Source of the DNA: Octopus bimaculoides
Lineage: Eukaryota
Direction of reading: 5' to 3'
NCBI RefSeq assembly: GCF_001194135.2
Contig: NC_068982.1
Coordinates: 154,608,785 to 154,672,784, forward strand
Length of the DNA stretch: 64,000 nucleotides
The position numbers were made by a program, and so were the translations under genes. Shown here piece by piece: positions 23,700 to 37,056 of the stretch (its first letter is position 1; each line of letters opens with the position of its first letter). A model generated the notes under the pieces. It worked only from the letters and a program-made list of their open reading frames with translations, was not told where the DNA came from and did no database searches.

Positions 23700-26600
23700 T
23701 AATAATGTTTTCTTTATTAACTGTAAAAGGTTTACAAAAATATCGAGGACAGCACCGAACGATACAATAAATAAATTAAAACATAAAAGCTTTCAAACAG
23801 TAAAATAACAAAAAGACTAAAAATTCAAGCAAGAAATAATTCTTTAATGAGAAGAAAGCTTCCGAGGGCTGCTCGTGGAAACCCAAAAAGGCCACGGTCA
23901 CTTTTACCACTAGAGCGCATGCTTAGAACAGACCCATTCACTCGTCACATCTTTGTCACTTTCATCCACCTTTCAACAAGTTTGCTGAAATATAGCATTT
24001 CCTTCTCCACTCTTACTTTTCTCTGCAAGTGGAACTTAAAGATGATGATGATGGCTAAAGATAATGGTGTCTTTCTTCAACTCTTTCAGTCGGGTTCACC
24101 ACAAAACCTCTTTCACAAAGGCCCCAAAGAGATAACTGCCACCTGTACCTCCCGGCGAAAAGAAGGCGATGGGACGATTCCAAAGTGGACTCATTTGATA
24201 GCTGGATGCATCCTACATTCGACAGTTGTGTTCGACATATCTCAACAAGCTAAACAATGCTCGGATATTGGACTAGTGAGTGCAGAACTTTTTCGATTTT
24301 CAGCCTGCATCTCGGCTAACGACATCTCCATGCCTATAAGATTTATCTCTAACCGGTAATGACTCCACTAGTATTGCCAGGTCAGAGACTTCTGGACATT
24401 GTCTACAAGCCCCACCCTGAATGACCACCGAAACTGACCAGCCAATTAATTCTCATCGATGGCTAGAATCTACCCAAGAACGTCGTTGCTCTTACCCGTC
24501 CCCAACTTTCTACATAGGGCCAAAGTAGGACTTCTACTGACGGCATTGCAATTTGTGAGCGCCTGACACCACTCTACATGCTGGGCGTTCATCCTCAGTG
24601 TCCGCTTGATCTAAGACTACAGCTCAGTAAAAGAGACGAGCTGTAAGAAAGTGAGTCTGACCACACCTGCTCATCGTAAAAGAAAAGTGAAGATGTTGCA
24701 GCAGTAGTGCGTGTCTGTGTATCATTAGCTAGGGTATGGCAGAAGGTGTTGACACCAAATGAAGGCCTGACAAGTGGAACACGTTCTTTCCATAGAAAAC
24801 GGAAAAGCAAGCGCTCCAGTCCAGTGAGACTTGAAAACTAGCAAAACACGACGGTCAGACAGTAATATATGACGAAGTCAGTCGATGTAAGCGTTCTCCA
24901 AGTCTGTCCGACCTTTCAAGAATAACTTTCTCTCGTCTAATTTATGGGTGATTTTGGCCAACCTGTTCGTCACCTCATCTCAGTTCTTCTCCATGTGGAT
25001 ATGTGAGCCAAACCAGACCCTGAGCATTTTAACCCGTCCCTCTGTCCATCAACCTACGACTCTGTTAGACGGTATAGACTTGTGTCTCTAGGTGCTGTGC
25101 TATAAGCCCACTGACATTTCTTGGTTGATTTTTGCTCCTGCAAACGTTTCGTAGTCCCTTAGAGCAATGCCGATCACCTTGATATGCTTGGTATCCGGCA
25201 CTATGACAGTGACATCGTCCCCGCATGCCGATATTGTTCTTTCACATCCTAGTTCGCGTAGGGCGCCCCTTAACGTCTCTGGTTTCCACAATAGTGACTA
25301 AAAAATCAGTACATGCAGAAGAAGCGGGAGGAAACAGCAATGACGAACGAGCGTATGATACTGAATGGTTTCGTTTAGTGGACTTTCACTCTAACCACCG
25401 AGCAGAAGACAAGACCTAAGCGGTCACCATGAAACAGCCACCAAATATTGATAGCTGACTGTATCGAAGACTTTTCATTTAACTTGATCAGGACCCCCAC
25501 CATGGCAGGTTTTTTCCACGCTTCCTGCGTGAGATGAAGGTTATAGTGGATATATTTGCTCGGGACGGTGCATGTTAGCGCATCGCAAACTTGACCGTCG
25601 ATGACGGTCTTGTTTAGACCCTTTCTCAGCAGCCTTACCGCTCCTCGGCTCATAGAACAGGGAATTCTCCCGTTTTTCTGCTACTTGCGGAAGATATCTA
25701 TCAATTGGTGCCCAAATTATCTGACATTTTAAAGCAAAGCTAATAGAGCAGATCATCCAAACCAGATCATTCCCCAATGCAGGAAACCACCTTTTCTTAA
25801 ATTTATACAGCTGTTATGAAGCTTTTCCGACTCACTTGCCGTGGTAGGCCGTTGAGATATTATTGAAATCTATCCCACGTTTTGGACCTCATTTCCTCCC
25901 AAATAGGAGACCGATGTGTGCTGAAAAGCTGTACTCATCTATTTAGGGTCCAGCAACACGCACCTGTTATGGTTCATCAAAGACTTTGTAACTGCCACTC
26001 AGGTTCATCAACTGACTTTCGTCCTTTCTGTCTTTGACTATGAAATTTTTGTGCTTTGAGTTGAGGATTGGTCATGGGCCAATCTCGCTGCGAGCATGTC
26101 AGTCATGATATCTTTCTGAAGCACCTCTTCTGAGTTTCTAATTCCTCCTTTTATTTTGCTCTTTCACTACGACCTTACTACACCCCATCGATTCTACTCT
26201 AATCGCCGCTTTCTGGGTCAAACAACTTTTGACTGCCCCGTCAACATCCGTTTAACTAATTCACTAATGCAGTCTTTGTAAGCTTGGTTCACCGGATATG
26301 ACGCATTCAGCTTCTCGTAACTGGATCCCTGCCTACGAAGCCTGTCTAGCTTGACCGTACAGATCCCGAATTTGTGGTTTGTGAAGCCGATGATTTTGAA
26401 ATGAGAATAACCTATGCTATCCTTGACTAGTGGCCAATAGAATACTTTATCTATAATAGATACGATCAAGGATGACCCGATGCGGCTTGTCAGCGGTCCT
26501 ATTGCCACATTCGGGAGAACCAATCGGTACTTATCAGGCAGCTGGAAACATTTGAGCATGTTTTCAGACAGCCCTACACAATCTAGGCGTGCATCCAAGA

Positions 26601-27070
26601 TTACATTATAGTCGCCCACTAGCACTAAAGAGCGAGACATTCCCGTGAAAACCTCCAAACCCCTGAAGAAATCCAGCTGTTCAACAGCAGTCGCAGCATA
26701 AACAACCACTAAAAGAACTCCCATCGCTACTGCTCACATCCAGGACCACCAGCTTACCTTTTGGGTCCAGAAAGATGATTCACATCTTGAGATCAAGACC
26801 CTTCTGAAATAACACAGCAGATCCACCTCTCAGTTCCGGTCGACTTGAAGATGAATAGATCTTATCTACTGAAAATGGGCATGAAGGCATGTGGCTCGGA
26901 CACTTTAGTCTCGCTGGTGATTTCCATGTCTCTATTTAGTGATCTAAGGTCGTTAAGTAGGTGGACATGCTTCCAAGATGATCCCAGACCACATGCATTA
27001 AACTGCCTTTTATGAGTAAGACCATTTTAGAAAGATAGAGGACGGCGAGAAAGGATCGCTTACCTTTCTC
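23700..27070 (-). mobile_element. Tx1/L1-like LINE with near-complete but decayed ORF2 (APE endonuclease, RT, zinc-knuckle region) and 3' UTR
   Basis: Start MVLLIKGSL/NACGL..SETK; LVGDYNVILD; TNHK (DH motif); KVFDTVSYQYL (KAFD); ACGDDV (YADD); FRFLWK; AATAAAGAAAAC plus ATT tail near 23700-23718. Confidence 0.9.
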
Positions 27071-27072
27071 AC

Positions 27073-27073
<1 letters not shown>

Positions 27074-27132
<59 letters not shown>

Positions 27133-27223
27133 TGCTGCTGCTGTTGTTTCTATTGTTGCTACTGCTGCTGTTGTTGTTGTTGTTGCTGTTGCTGTTGCCG
27201 CTGCTGCTGCTGCTGCTGTTATT

Positions 27224-27286
<63 letters not shown>

Positions 27287-27320
27287 ATTGTAAGTAGTTG
27301 TAGTTGTAGTAGTTGCAGTT
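27074..27320. repeat. Compound (TAG)n/(TTG)n/(CTG)n trinucleotide microsatellite
   Basis: Direct. Confidence 0.95.
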
Positions 27321-27339
27321 TGGTACGCAACGTTCTCTG

Positions 27340-27860
27340 GCTTCATTTAACAGGTGAAGCAGAAACAAAAACAAAACTCTGATCTCTCAAGTCGGATTAA
27401 AGGAGAATTTTGCCAAATTTGACCTTCAATTACAAGTTCACTTAGTGCTGCATTCACATATCGAAGTACTTCGTGGTATTTTAACTAACCTTTCAAGGGA
27501 TGAAAGCTAAAAACAGGAGAGAAGACGTAAGAAGATAAAAGAACGACAAAGAATCGAGAAGTGAATATGCAGATCCTGGAGATTAAGATTGCTCAAACTG
27601 TAAATGGTATTTCTGGAACTAAAATAGAAATAAAAAGATGTTGAGTCAAAGAGAGCTGTTGGTTATTACAAGCATGTCAGTACTAATGGAAAATTTAGAA
27701 CATGTGGCGGTTCCTTTCAAGAGAGGAGTACAGGAAGCTTAGTACGATAAACTACGAAAGGGAAATATACCACATGAAGAAAACTTAAACCAGCTACAAG
27801 AAAATATGGATCTCAAAATATGGAATATGAGAGAAGAACAATGAGAATATATATAAATGG
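27340..27860 (+). mobile_element. Probable highly decayed RTE-like LINE 3' fragment
   Basis: Weak remnants (..KRRI.., YYKHV, ENLEHVAV..KRG..YDKL) resembling the RTE C-terminus; many frameshifts. Confidence 0.35.
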
Positions 27861-27953
27861 TAGAAAAGTTTGAATCAAAAGCATAAAAATTACACATGGT
27901 TACAAGTTTACTTGTATCACGTAGTGACTTGTCAATCAGGTGGGCTTGCTCTA

Positions 27954-28016
<63 letters not shown>

Positions 28017-28549
28017 CTCTCTCCCTCTCTCTCCCCCTCTCTCTCACTATCTCTTTCTCTCTCTTCTCTCTAACTATTTATCATCTACATATCTATCTAT
28101 CTATCTATGTATCTATCTATCTCGCCCTCTCTCACTGTTCGGTATTATACATCCATTACGGGTGTATATNNNNNNNNNNNNNNNNNNNNNNNNNNNNNNN
28201 NNNNNNNNNNNNNNNNNNNNNNNNNNNNNNNNNNNNNNNNNNNNNNNNNNNNNNNNNNNNNNNNNNNNNNNNNNNNNNNNNNNNNNNNNNNNNNNNNNNN
28301 NNNNNNNNNNNNNNNNNNNNNNNNNNNNNNNNNNNNNNNNNNNNNNNNNNNNNNNNNNNNNNNNNNNNNNNNNNNNNNNNNNNNNNNNNNNNNNNNNNNN
28401 NNNNNNNNNNNNNNNNNNNNNNNNNNNNNNNNNNNNNNNNNNNNNNNNNNNNNNNNNNNNNNNNNNNNNNNNNNNNNNNNNNNNNNNNNNNNNNNNNNNN
28501 NNNNNNNNNNNNNNNNNNNNNNNNNNNNNNNNNNAATAATAATAATATA

Positions 28550-28623
<74 letters not shown>

Positions 28624-28624
28624 T

Positions 28625-28661
<37 letters not shown>

Positions 28662-29819
28662 ATGCTCTATAAATATTCATATATATTTATATATACTTAT
28701 ACGCTATAAATATTCGCTCTGCCTCTATCTGTTTGTGTGTGTATATGTAAAGTGTTAAAGTAAAGTGTATTACCACAGTTCTCTACATATAACAATGAAC
28801 ACAGCGAAACCTGCAAATAGGAAAGAATACGGAGAATGCCAGCAGAATAATATATTCTAAATGAATCGACTGGTAGGGAAACAAATCTATTTAAAAATGT
28901 AATCATGTATAAGCAGTGAGGTAGAAGTGCTCTTCCGTCTCTATATATTCTCTATATACCTACACATATACTGCTCTCAGCCTATTTTGTTTCATCCATG
29001 CTACCTTTAGAATTGCGAACGAAATTCATTTCTCTTACTTATGAAAATGAAATCCTATATAAGGGTAGAATATGAATAGAACTATGTAATATATTGAGAA
29101 CTCGCTTTTTCTTTCATATATATATATATATATGTATATAGACACATTCATATATGCATACTTAAGCACAATACATACATTCGTGTACACATACATACTT
29201 TTCCTATTTCTTGCTACATACATATGTGATTGATTGTCTGTATGTATGTGTATATATGTCTCAATCGTCGTTGTTCTCACAATTGTCATAGACATGGATC
29301 TGTGAAAAGCGCTTACTTGTTTTGCTGATGGTGACTATATTACTCGCCAGAGGTCTCCCCTATACATCTGACCTGGGGATAAACAAAACCATCATTAACT
29401 ATAATCGTTAGTAGGCAATATGAAGAATTTCCGAAATTTTTATAAATGGTCCCGGATATTATTCTGCATACAGAATATTTATTGTGAGCTTCCACTTTCA
29501 TTGCCAAAGAAAATCTTCCTTCCAAATTTTCAAGTGTTGAATAAAATTTGGCAACGTAACCAAATGTGAAGCCGATTATTGTTATACGTAAGTACGAGCC
29601 AACAATACGGATATAGAAACAGTTGTTCTGAAACAGATATTCATAGATTATCGCCAACTTTAGATCAGATTTTTTCATACATCGTCTAAATGAAGAGCAT
29701 GATTTATTTTTCGGTAGAATATTCACGAGATATTCTTTGTTTTGTTGGTGGAGATATTTTATTCTGGTTTAGTGGTATGTTCACTCTTCCGTCAGTTTAA
29801 TTCTTAATATTTAATTCTT

Positions 29820-30346
29820 TATTTTACTTGTTTCAGTTATTAGATTGCAGCCATGCTGGACACCACCTTGAAGAACTTTTAACCGAATGAATCAACCCCA
29901 GTGCTTTTTTTTTTTTAGCCTGGTACTTATTTTATCGGCTCCCTTTGCTGAAAGGCTAGGTTACGGGAAGGAAAGCACACCAATACTGGCTGACAAGTGG
30001 TAGTGTGACACACACAAGCAAAAAGACACACACACACACACACACANNNNNNNNNNNNNNNNNNNNNNNNNNNNNNNNNNNNNNNNNNNNNNNNNNNNNN
30101 NNNNNNNNNNNNNNNNNNNNNNNNNNNNNNNNNNNNTATATATAATCCAAGAGGGTTAGGGGTTGAGAATCCAACCCACGAAGGGATAATATCTATCCAA
30201 TATACTGCTGGGAAGGTACCCAATTATTATTACACTAGTGTTTTTACCAAGTGGTATATATATATATATATATATATACGACGGGCTTTTTTCAGCTTCC
30301 GTCTACGAAATCCACTGACAAGGCTTTGGTCCCAACGTGCCACGCC
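29820..30346 (-). mobile_element. SINE family A with internal microsatellite/gap, an extra ~100-bp insert and a broken head
   Basis: Tail 29820-30025; unrelated insert 30140-30255 between TA runs; head remnant 30278-30346 with internal deletion. Confidence 0.75.
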
Positions 30347-30355
30347 TGTAGTAGT

Positions 30356-30600
30356 TGTAGTTGCAGTTTCGTACGCAACGTTCACTGGCTTCATTTAACA
30401 GGTGAAGCAGAAACAAAAGCAAAACTCTGATCTCAAGTCGGATTAAAGGAGAATTTTGCCAAATTTAACCTTCATTTACAAGTTCACTTAGTGCTGCATT
30501 CACATATCGAGGTACCTCGTGGTATTTTAACTAACCTTTCAAGGGATGAAAGCTAAAAACAGGAGAGAAGACGTAAGAAGATAAAAGAACGACAAAGAAT
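30356..30600 (+). repeat. Local ~245-bp duplicate of 27308-27554
   Basis: About 7 substitutions and one 2-bp indel on manual alignment. Confidence 0.9.
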
Positions 30601-31899
30601 TGTTGACTTGATTTTGGCAAACCGTCATATCTCGTAGAAATTTCTGCTTTGATAGTATTTTCAGACAGCGGCTGTTGTTTCTGATTTCTAATCCCAAGTC
30701 AGCCCTGATCAGGCAAACATTTAATCAAACACGTTCCAGTCATGACCATACCATTTTTTCCCCACACTTGTTATTCTTGACCCGTTGTCGTTGGGTACTT
30801 TTATCAGAGGCTGTTTTGTTGCAAGATTGTTGCGGCTTAGTGGCTGGTCTATTATTCTATTTCCCCCACCAGGGCCTTTGACAAAAAGGTCGAGAGTGCT
30901 ACCATTCCTCTTATGACTAAGTCATAAAAGCATTATAGTAATACATTATCTAATATATCTTTCCTGGGATTTTTTCTTTGAAATTGATGCAGCTGTTATC
31001 TGTACCAGATCTACCAGATACAACGACCACGTAAACATTGTTGGCTCAAACCACGATTCCAATAGCCATAAAAATAGAAAGCTTTTTTATGAAGTATCCC
31101 CGCTGTTAATAGATTTCTTTCATGTGCAACAAACTGATACAGTACAGTCTTAATATTCAACATTTATTCAGTAAATTCTCTTGCTAGTTATAAAACATTA
31201 AGTAAAGTCATTCTCTCATAGTTTTCGGTGTGCAAACATGCAAAGATAATCTCCTTTATTTTTCATTAAGTTGTTTCTCATATTTTCTTTATAAGTCCCT
31301 GGCACTCCTTTGGCGACAGTAGTACTCCTAAATTTATCATCAACGTTTCTAGTCTGTATAACTGGCTCTTTTATATCAGGTAAATAGGATTTCTGTAGAC
31401 TTTATCGCCTGAATTTTTTATAGAAATTACCGCTGAAATAGAACATTTGAACGTTAGATTTATGCATCAATAGTCAAATGTTCACTTTGTTTATAAGGTG
31501 TGAGTGCGATTATTGTAACTTTGTGCTATTAGGTGGTGGTGTGGATTCTATATACCGTTGATCTGTTGTCCACTAATCCTTTGGGTTAAAGCAACTATGA
31601 GTCACAAACGAGTATCAGACTGGACAATACTGGTCTCAAAGACAGCACACATACACATATAATAAGAGAAGTTACTATGTTTCTTGTATTGTGACTTGTT
31701 AGTGATTTTGTAAATCCCAAACTGATCAAATCAATGCTGGTCTGAAAAGATCCAATATCTAATCATACATTCAGTAACTGAACTTTACCTCCAACTTGTG
31801 TGTGCACTTGAATAACGAAGATGATATTGGTGAATTTGCTTAACAAGAAGGAAACATGTACATTGAAAAGGACTCCAATGACCAAATTAAATTTTCCTT

Positions 31900-33300
31900 T
31901 GTCCACATTATTCAAACATAATTGATTGCCCACACCCTTCAAGCATTCACAACTGACAAGGTCTTCCCGAATGGCTCTGCAAACGAGTTATCATAACACC
32001 AAAATGTCGTTGCACAAGAGATCACCAGAAATCTGCCTAAGATGCTACCCAGGAGAGAAAGCTCACAAAAATCACCAGACATTAATAATGGTGATGAGAG
32101 TAAGTTTGAGAACCTCTCACGTAAAGGTTTTCTCATTGCTAATCTTATCTCTTCGTAGCTGCTTAATCCTTTCACATTTTTTTTTTTTTTTTGCATTTTT
32201 TTGCATTCCTACTCTCATTGCTAACTGGTAGCTGCCCATTTCCTCCAATGAAAGTAAAATTTTTGCAAACTGAACTGCTGAGATACCTCTAAGCAGTGCA
32301 ATTTTATGTTGGTAGAAAAATGAGATTTTTCTCTCTCGTCTCCAAGCAAAAGTTTCTTTGAGTGATGTTCTCAAGTCATCACCACCTGCAAATCATTACA
32401 ATGACATAAACAAGACTGAGACTCCACCAGCCTGTTACTCTTACCCCTGAGAACATATAAGCTGAAATCAAGGGTCGCAAATGCCGATTTATGGGACATT
32501 GTGCCATCATCTCATATTTTCAGTTTAACCTTCTTCGAGAACTCTCCTTATCCAGATATTTCGCCTATATTGCACACAAGATTCTCGTTCTGTTAAAAAA
32601 AAGTTACCTGGCAGCTTAAAAACAAAATAAAGAAACCAACCACCTGAAAACAAAATAGCAGCAACTTTCATTGAGAACAGACGGCCTCAACCCACTTCAG
32701 TGAACGAAGTTTTGACAAAATTGCTGTGCTCAAATAGTTTTGGTTCTTGTTCTAAAACCATTAATGAAAACTATTTCTTATTTCGAGTCAAATGTCACCT
32801 AGTGTTTCCTCCTTGCATAACATTTTCCTTTATCTGAAACTAAGAATGACTCACTTTAGTGGACATATTGTTTTATTTGTTGGATGTTATTCTTGGTTGT
32901 CTAAAGAAGCTCTCAGCTGAGAGTTGCAGTAGTAAATTGTGCAGGAGGTGGTAAAACACCCTGTTTTCGCTTCTTGCCAGTCATAGTCTGTTTAGTATTT
33001 TCAAGAAGGATCAGTGCTTGGTTGTACATAGTAGAATTAAACTCTAAGTATGGGTTTTTTTTTTCACACTTGTTGTGCTCTATGCACTATTCTTCCCACA
33101 TACAATCCTGATGAATATGTCAAAGTTAGTGATGATTAGACAGTAAACCGGCACAGAAAATGCAGACTCTCCCGAAGTATTGCTTTAGTCTGCATCATTT
33201 TGCAAGGGACATCTTCTCTGACTAGCTTCATGGTTTGTTGCTCTGACATATCAAAAGACTGTTTTAAGGTACTGAAATGAGGCTGAACCATGAATATTGG
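31900..33300 (-). mobile_element. Second Helitron Rep/helicase relic (linker plus Pif1 helicase)
   Basis: FQYLKTV, YNQALILLEN..MTGKK, ILSKLRSLKWVEAVCS..VAAILFSGG..FKLP, I*DDGTMSHKSAFATLD (WDECTM), GDDLRTSLKETFAW, GKTLSVV (GQTL). Confidence 0.8.
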
Positions 33301-33601
33301 GTAAAAGTTATCTGAGATTTATATACATTCTTTTCAAAATTCCTTATTGTTTTTTTAAACAATCACATCTTCAAAAAGTGAGCGTGCAGCTTCAAATACC
33401 GAGGAAGATAAAAAATACTTTGTTTCACATTCAAATTTTGATATTTTGATATTAAATTATTTATTTAACAAGTTCTGCCAGTATCTGTAACAATAACCGG
33501 AGAAAATCTTATTTCATACAAAATATATGGGCAGTATATAATTGGAATGCTTTCGTTCAAACTTCCCCTTCAAAATAATACAGTTTCAAAAACCATGGAA
33601 G

Positions 33602-33642
<41 letters not shown>

Positions 33643-33707
33643 TATAGGCTGTATACATATAACCATGTGTGACTGTTTTTAAGTAATTGATGTGCATAAT
33701 GTTAAAC

Positions 33708-33752
<45 letters not shown>

Positions 33753-33817
33753 ATTGGTTAATTTGGTCCAAAATATCTAATGCTCATCTTTCCACTCACA
33801 TACACAAGAAAACTTAA

Positions 33818-33843
33818 AATAATGCTTTTCATTACAGGTGAGT
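33818..33843 (+). other. Juxtaposed acceptor/donor motif (TTTTCATTACAG|GTGAGT)
   Basis: Pyrimidine tract plus CAG (AG 33836-33837) followed immediately by consensus donor GTGAGT. Confidence 0.3.
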
Positions 33844-35996
33844 TCGATCAGACCCCACCTGGAGCTAGGCGACAACAGCTCTCCCTCTCTCTCTCCCGCC
33901 TTCTTTCTCTCCTTCTCTCTCTCTCTCTCTCTCTCTCTCCCTCCTTATTGTTGTTTAGCAGCTTCATGTTACATTCGATCCAATTGACCTATGGTCAAAA
34001 ACGTTCCGACTGTTACCATCCAGTCTTTCCAGACCAGTTTCATTTAACTAAAACTAAGTCCTTGTCTTTGTTTCTTATAAACGGTAGCAATGTGATTTAA
34101 GTGAGATTTAGCTGCTGTTTCTAGTGGACTCAAAGATCAAGTAAAGCTATGTTTCTACAAGAGAAAGATTGTGATGGGGAGGACACGTTTCAAAGTTTAA
34201 TAAAATTAAAGTGACTTTAAACGTTTTAAACCTAGCCCGCCCGATGGCGAAGAAAGAAGAATTATAGGGATACAAACTATTCTGTGTTGTTTTGAAGCAG
34301 ACCTGAAGCTGATCCGGAGTAGAGAAGACGTGTCATTCGAGAGATAGCGAATAACGGCGAAAAGAATTTGAATGATACAACTGATTGATTGATTGATTAA
34401 GAGTAAGATTAATCAAATTAATTTAACAACCGATTAGTAATTTGATAATATAGCTAACCAGCTGATGAATAATAAAGACGTGAAACTGAACCAGAGCATG
34501 TGTTTATCATTGACAAAATGACCCACCCGTAATATAACAAAATTGTTTTCTTTTCTCATTGATAAGGTGGTGTAACAAAAAATAAATAAATAAAAATTCA
34601 GTTATATTTTTCTCTGGAGCGGGTATTTGTCAGAGAACCTCTGATGTAAATGCCTCCTTAATAATCTCATCTCTTCTGAATTGTTATCTCTTTAATGCTC
34701 TTTATTATCACCACCCATTGATAAGGATAGCTAGAGTTTAAATGATACACATAATAAAAGTATTTCTCTGGTACTTGCCCCTCAGCTATTATAACTTACG
34801 ATATCAACAAGTTCATGTGGGAACGTTTCTCTCTCATTTATTTAGGACTTATACTGACGGTGTTGTTCGTTTGCTTTTTTATTGTTGTTGCTGTTGTTAT
34901 CGTCGTCGTTCGGTAGTGGGTTATTTAAGCCCAGGTCTGATATCTAAGAGGCATCTCTGTTTGTTTTTTTTTCTTTTTTCTGCGTTTAACATATGTGTTT
35001 CCCTCGACTGTGTTTCCCCACTTTTTTTTCTAAGATGTCAGAGTTGTGATATAAGGGACATTTGGATGCTATTACACACGCTCACACATACACGCACACA
35101 TACACTCACACACAAATATGTGTGTGTGTGTTTGTGTGTGTTGTGTGTGTATATATTTGTATATATATATATATATATATATNNNNNNNNNNNNNNNNNN
35201 NNNNNNNNNNNNNNNNNNNNNNNNNNNNNNNNNNNNNNNNNNNNNNNNNNNNNNNNNNNNNNNNNNNNNNNNNNNNNNNNNNNNNNNNNNNNNNNNNNNN
35301 NNNNNNNNNNNNNNNNNNNNNNNNNNNNNNNNNNNNNNNNNNNNNNNNNNNNNNNNNNNNNNNNNNNNNNNNNNNNNNNNNNNNNNNNNNNNNNNNNNNN
35401 NNNNNNNNNNNNNNNNNNNNNNNNNNNNNNNNNNNNNNNNNNNNNNNNNNNNNNNNNNNNNNNNNNNNNNNNNNNNNNNNNNNNNNNNNNNNNNNNNNNN
35501 NNNNNNNNNNNNNNNNNNNNNNNNNNNNNNNNNNNNNNNNNNNNNNNNNNNNNNNNNNNNNNNNNNNNNNNNNNNNNNNNNNNNNNNNNNNNNNNNNNNN
35601 NNNNNNNNNNNNNNNNNNNNNNNNNNNNNNNNNNNNNNNNNNNNNNNNNNNNNNNNNNNNNNNNNNNNNNNNNNNNNNNNNNNNNNNNNNNNNNNNNNNN
35701 NNNNNNNNNNNNNNNNNNNNNNNNNNNNNNNNNNNNNNNNNNNNNNNNNNNNNNNNNNNNNNNNNNNNNNNNNNNNNNNNNNNNNNNNNNNNNNNNNNNN
35801 NNNNNNNNNNNNNNNNNNNNNNNNNNNNNNNNNNNNNNNNNNNNNNNNNNNNNNNNNNNNNNNNNNNNNNNNNNNNNNNNNNNNNNNNNNNNNNNNNNNN
35901 NNNNNNNNNNNNNNNNNNNNNNNNNNNNNNNNNNNNNNNNNNNNNNNNNNNNNNNNNNNNNNATACATATATATATATATGTATGTATGTATGTAT

Positions 35997-36054
<58 letters not shown>

Positions 36055-36074
36055 GTGTTTGAGTGTGTTTGTGT

Positions 36075-36262
36075 GTGCGTGTGTGTCACCACCGCTTGAC
36101 AAACGGTGTTGGTTTGTTTACACTCCCGTATCTTAGCAGTTTGGCAAAAGACTCCCATAGAGCAAATAGCAGACTTGGAAATAAATACTAGGGTCGGTTT
36201 GTTCGGTCAGATCCTTCAAGGTGGTAGACCGGCATGACCGCAGTCCTATGACTGGAGCAAGC
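36075..36262 (+). mobile_element. SINE family A tail after (TG)n
   Basis: CACCACCGCTTGACAAACGGTGTTGG..TTAGCAGTTTGGCAAAAG..GCATGACCGCAGTC. Confidence 0.8.
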
Positions 36263-36406
36263 AAAATATAACAGATATATACTGCGAAGCTAGCATATAT
36301 ATCCATACACACATCACAGTAAGACGAAATCGAAAGATAGACCGAAGGAAAAAGCGTTTCGACGGACGATACAAAAATCATGTGTAAGCCAGGTCCATTC
36401 ACTAAT

Positions 36407-37056
36407 CTGATTGGCTAGCGGTCACCTTTTCACTTCGCGCATTAATGGATATTTAGTTGATAGAAATGACATAAGCTTATGTTTAACTGAGTCTGACATG
36501 AATTGGGTTAAAAGAAATAGGTCCATGTTATCGGGCGTTTGTAATCCGTCTATTTTCATAAAGCAGCGTTGCTAATGCAAAAAGTAATTACACTGTGCAA
36601 ACTAAATAATAAATGAGTCTAAATAACTTTAAAAATTGCAACAACTTTGCCCATTATTATTTTTTTATTTTTGTCTTAATTGAAATACTCATGCTTTTCT
36701 TTGATGTATTTTGCGGAAGGTTACAAATATGATATGGATGGTACTGCGTCCGTTAGTATATAAAGTCGTTCTGCATCTAAATGAGAGGCGAGTCTTCAAG
36801 TCTCCGGAACAGATGTTGTATACAACGAGTGTATGTTATATATTTTTTAAGCACAAACATAACTAGTTATAAATATACTGTAAAACTACCAATATTCAAC
36901 TAACTATAAGTAACATTAGCACACTGATACTTACACAAACGTATATATATTTATATATATACACGCGCATATTTATTACATAGCTATATTTATATATATG
37001 TGTATACATATATATAGTCAGCATCACGTGGTTTTGTAAAGTCGGCTCAGGTAAGT
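36407..37056 (+). promoter_or_regulatory. Candidate Pol II promoter / non-coding first exon
   Basis: Reverse CCAAT box CTGATTGGCTA 36407-36417, TATATAAAG 36757-36765, E-box CACGTG 37025-37030, donor CAG|GTAAGT 37048-37056, all in non-repeat sequence. Motif evidence only. Confidence 0.3.

Noticed and set aside
26936-27346. Poly-Thr/Tyr/Asn/Ser ORFs (also 44617-44880, 48780-48920, 6109-6748)
   Set aside because: Trinucleotide microsatellites read as homopolymers; no splice or domain context.
31000-31400. Possible CR1/L2 RT remnant (- strand, VAKGVP..CMFA)
   Set aside because: Catalytic motif absent and too decayed to call by eye.
34463-34495. CTGATGA...GAAAC spacing (also CTGATGA/CTGACGA at about 12713, 13915, 14573, 53251)
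   Set aside because: No stem II pairing or NUH site and stem I; expected by chance.
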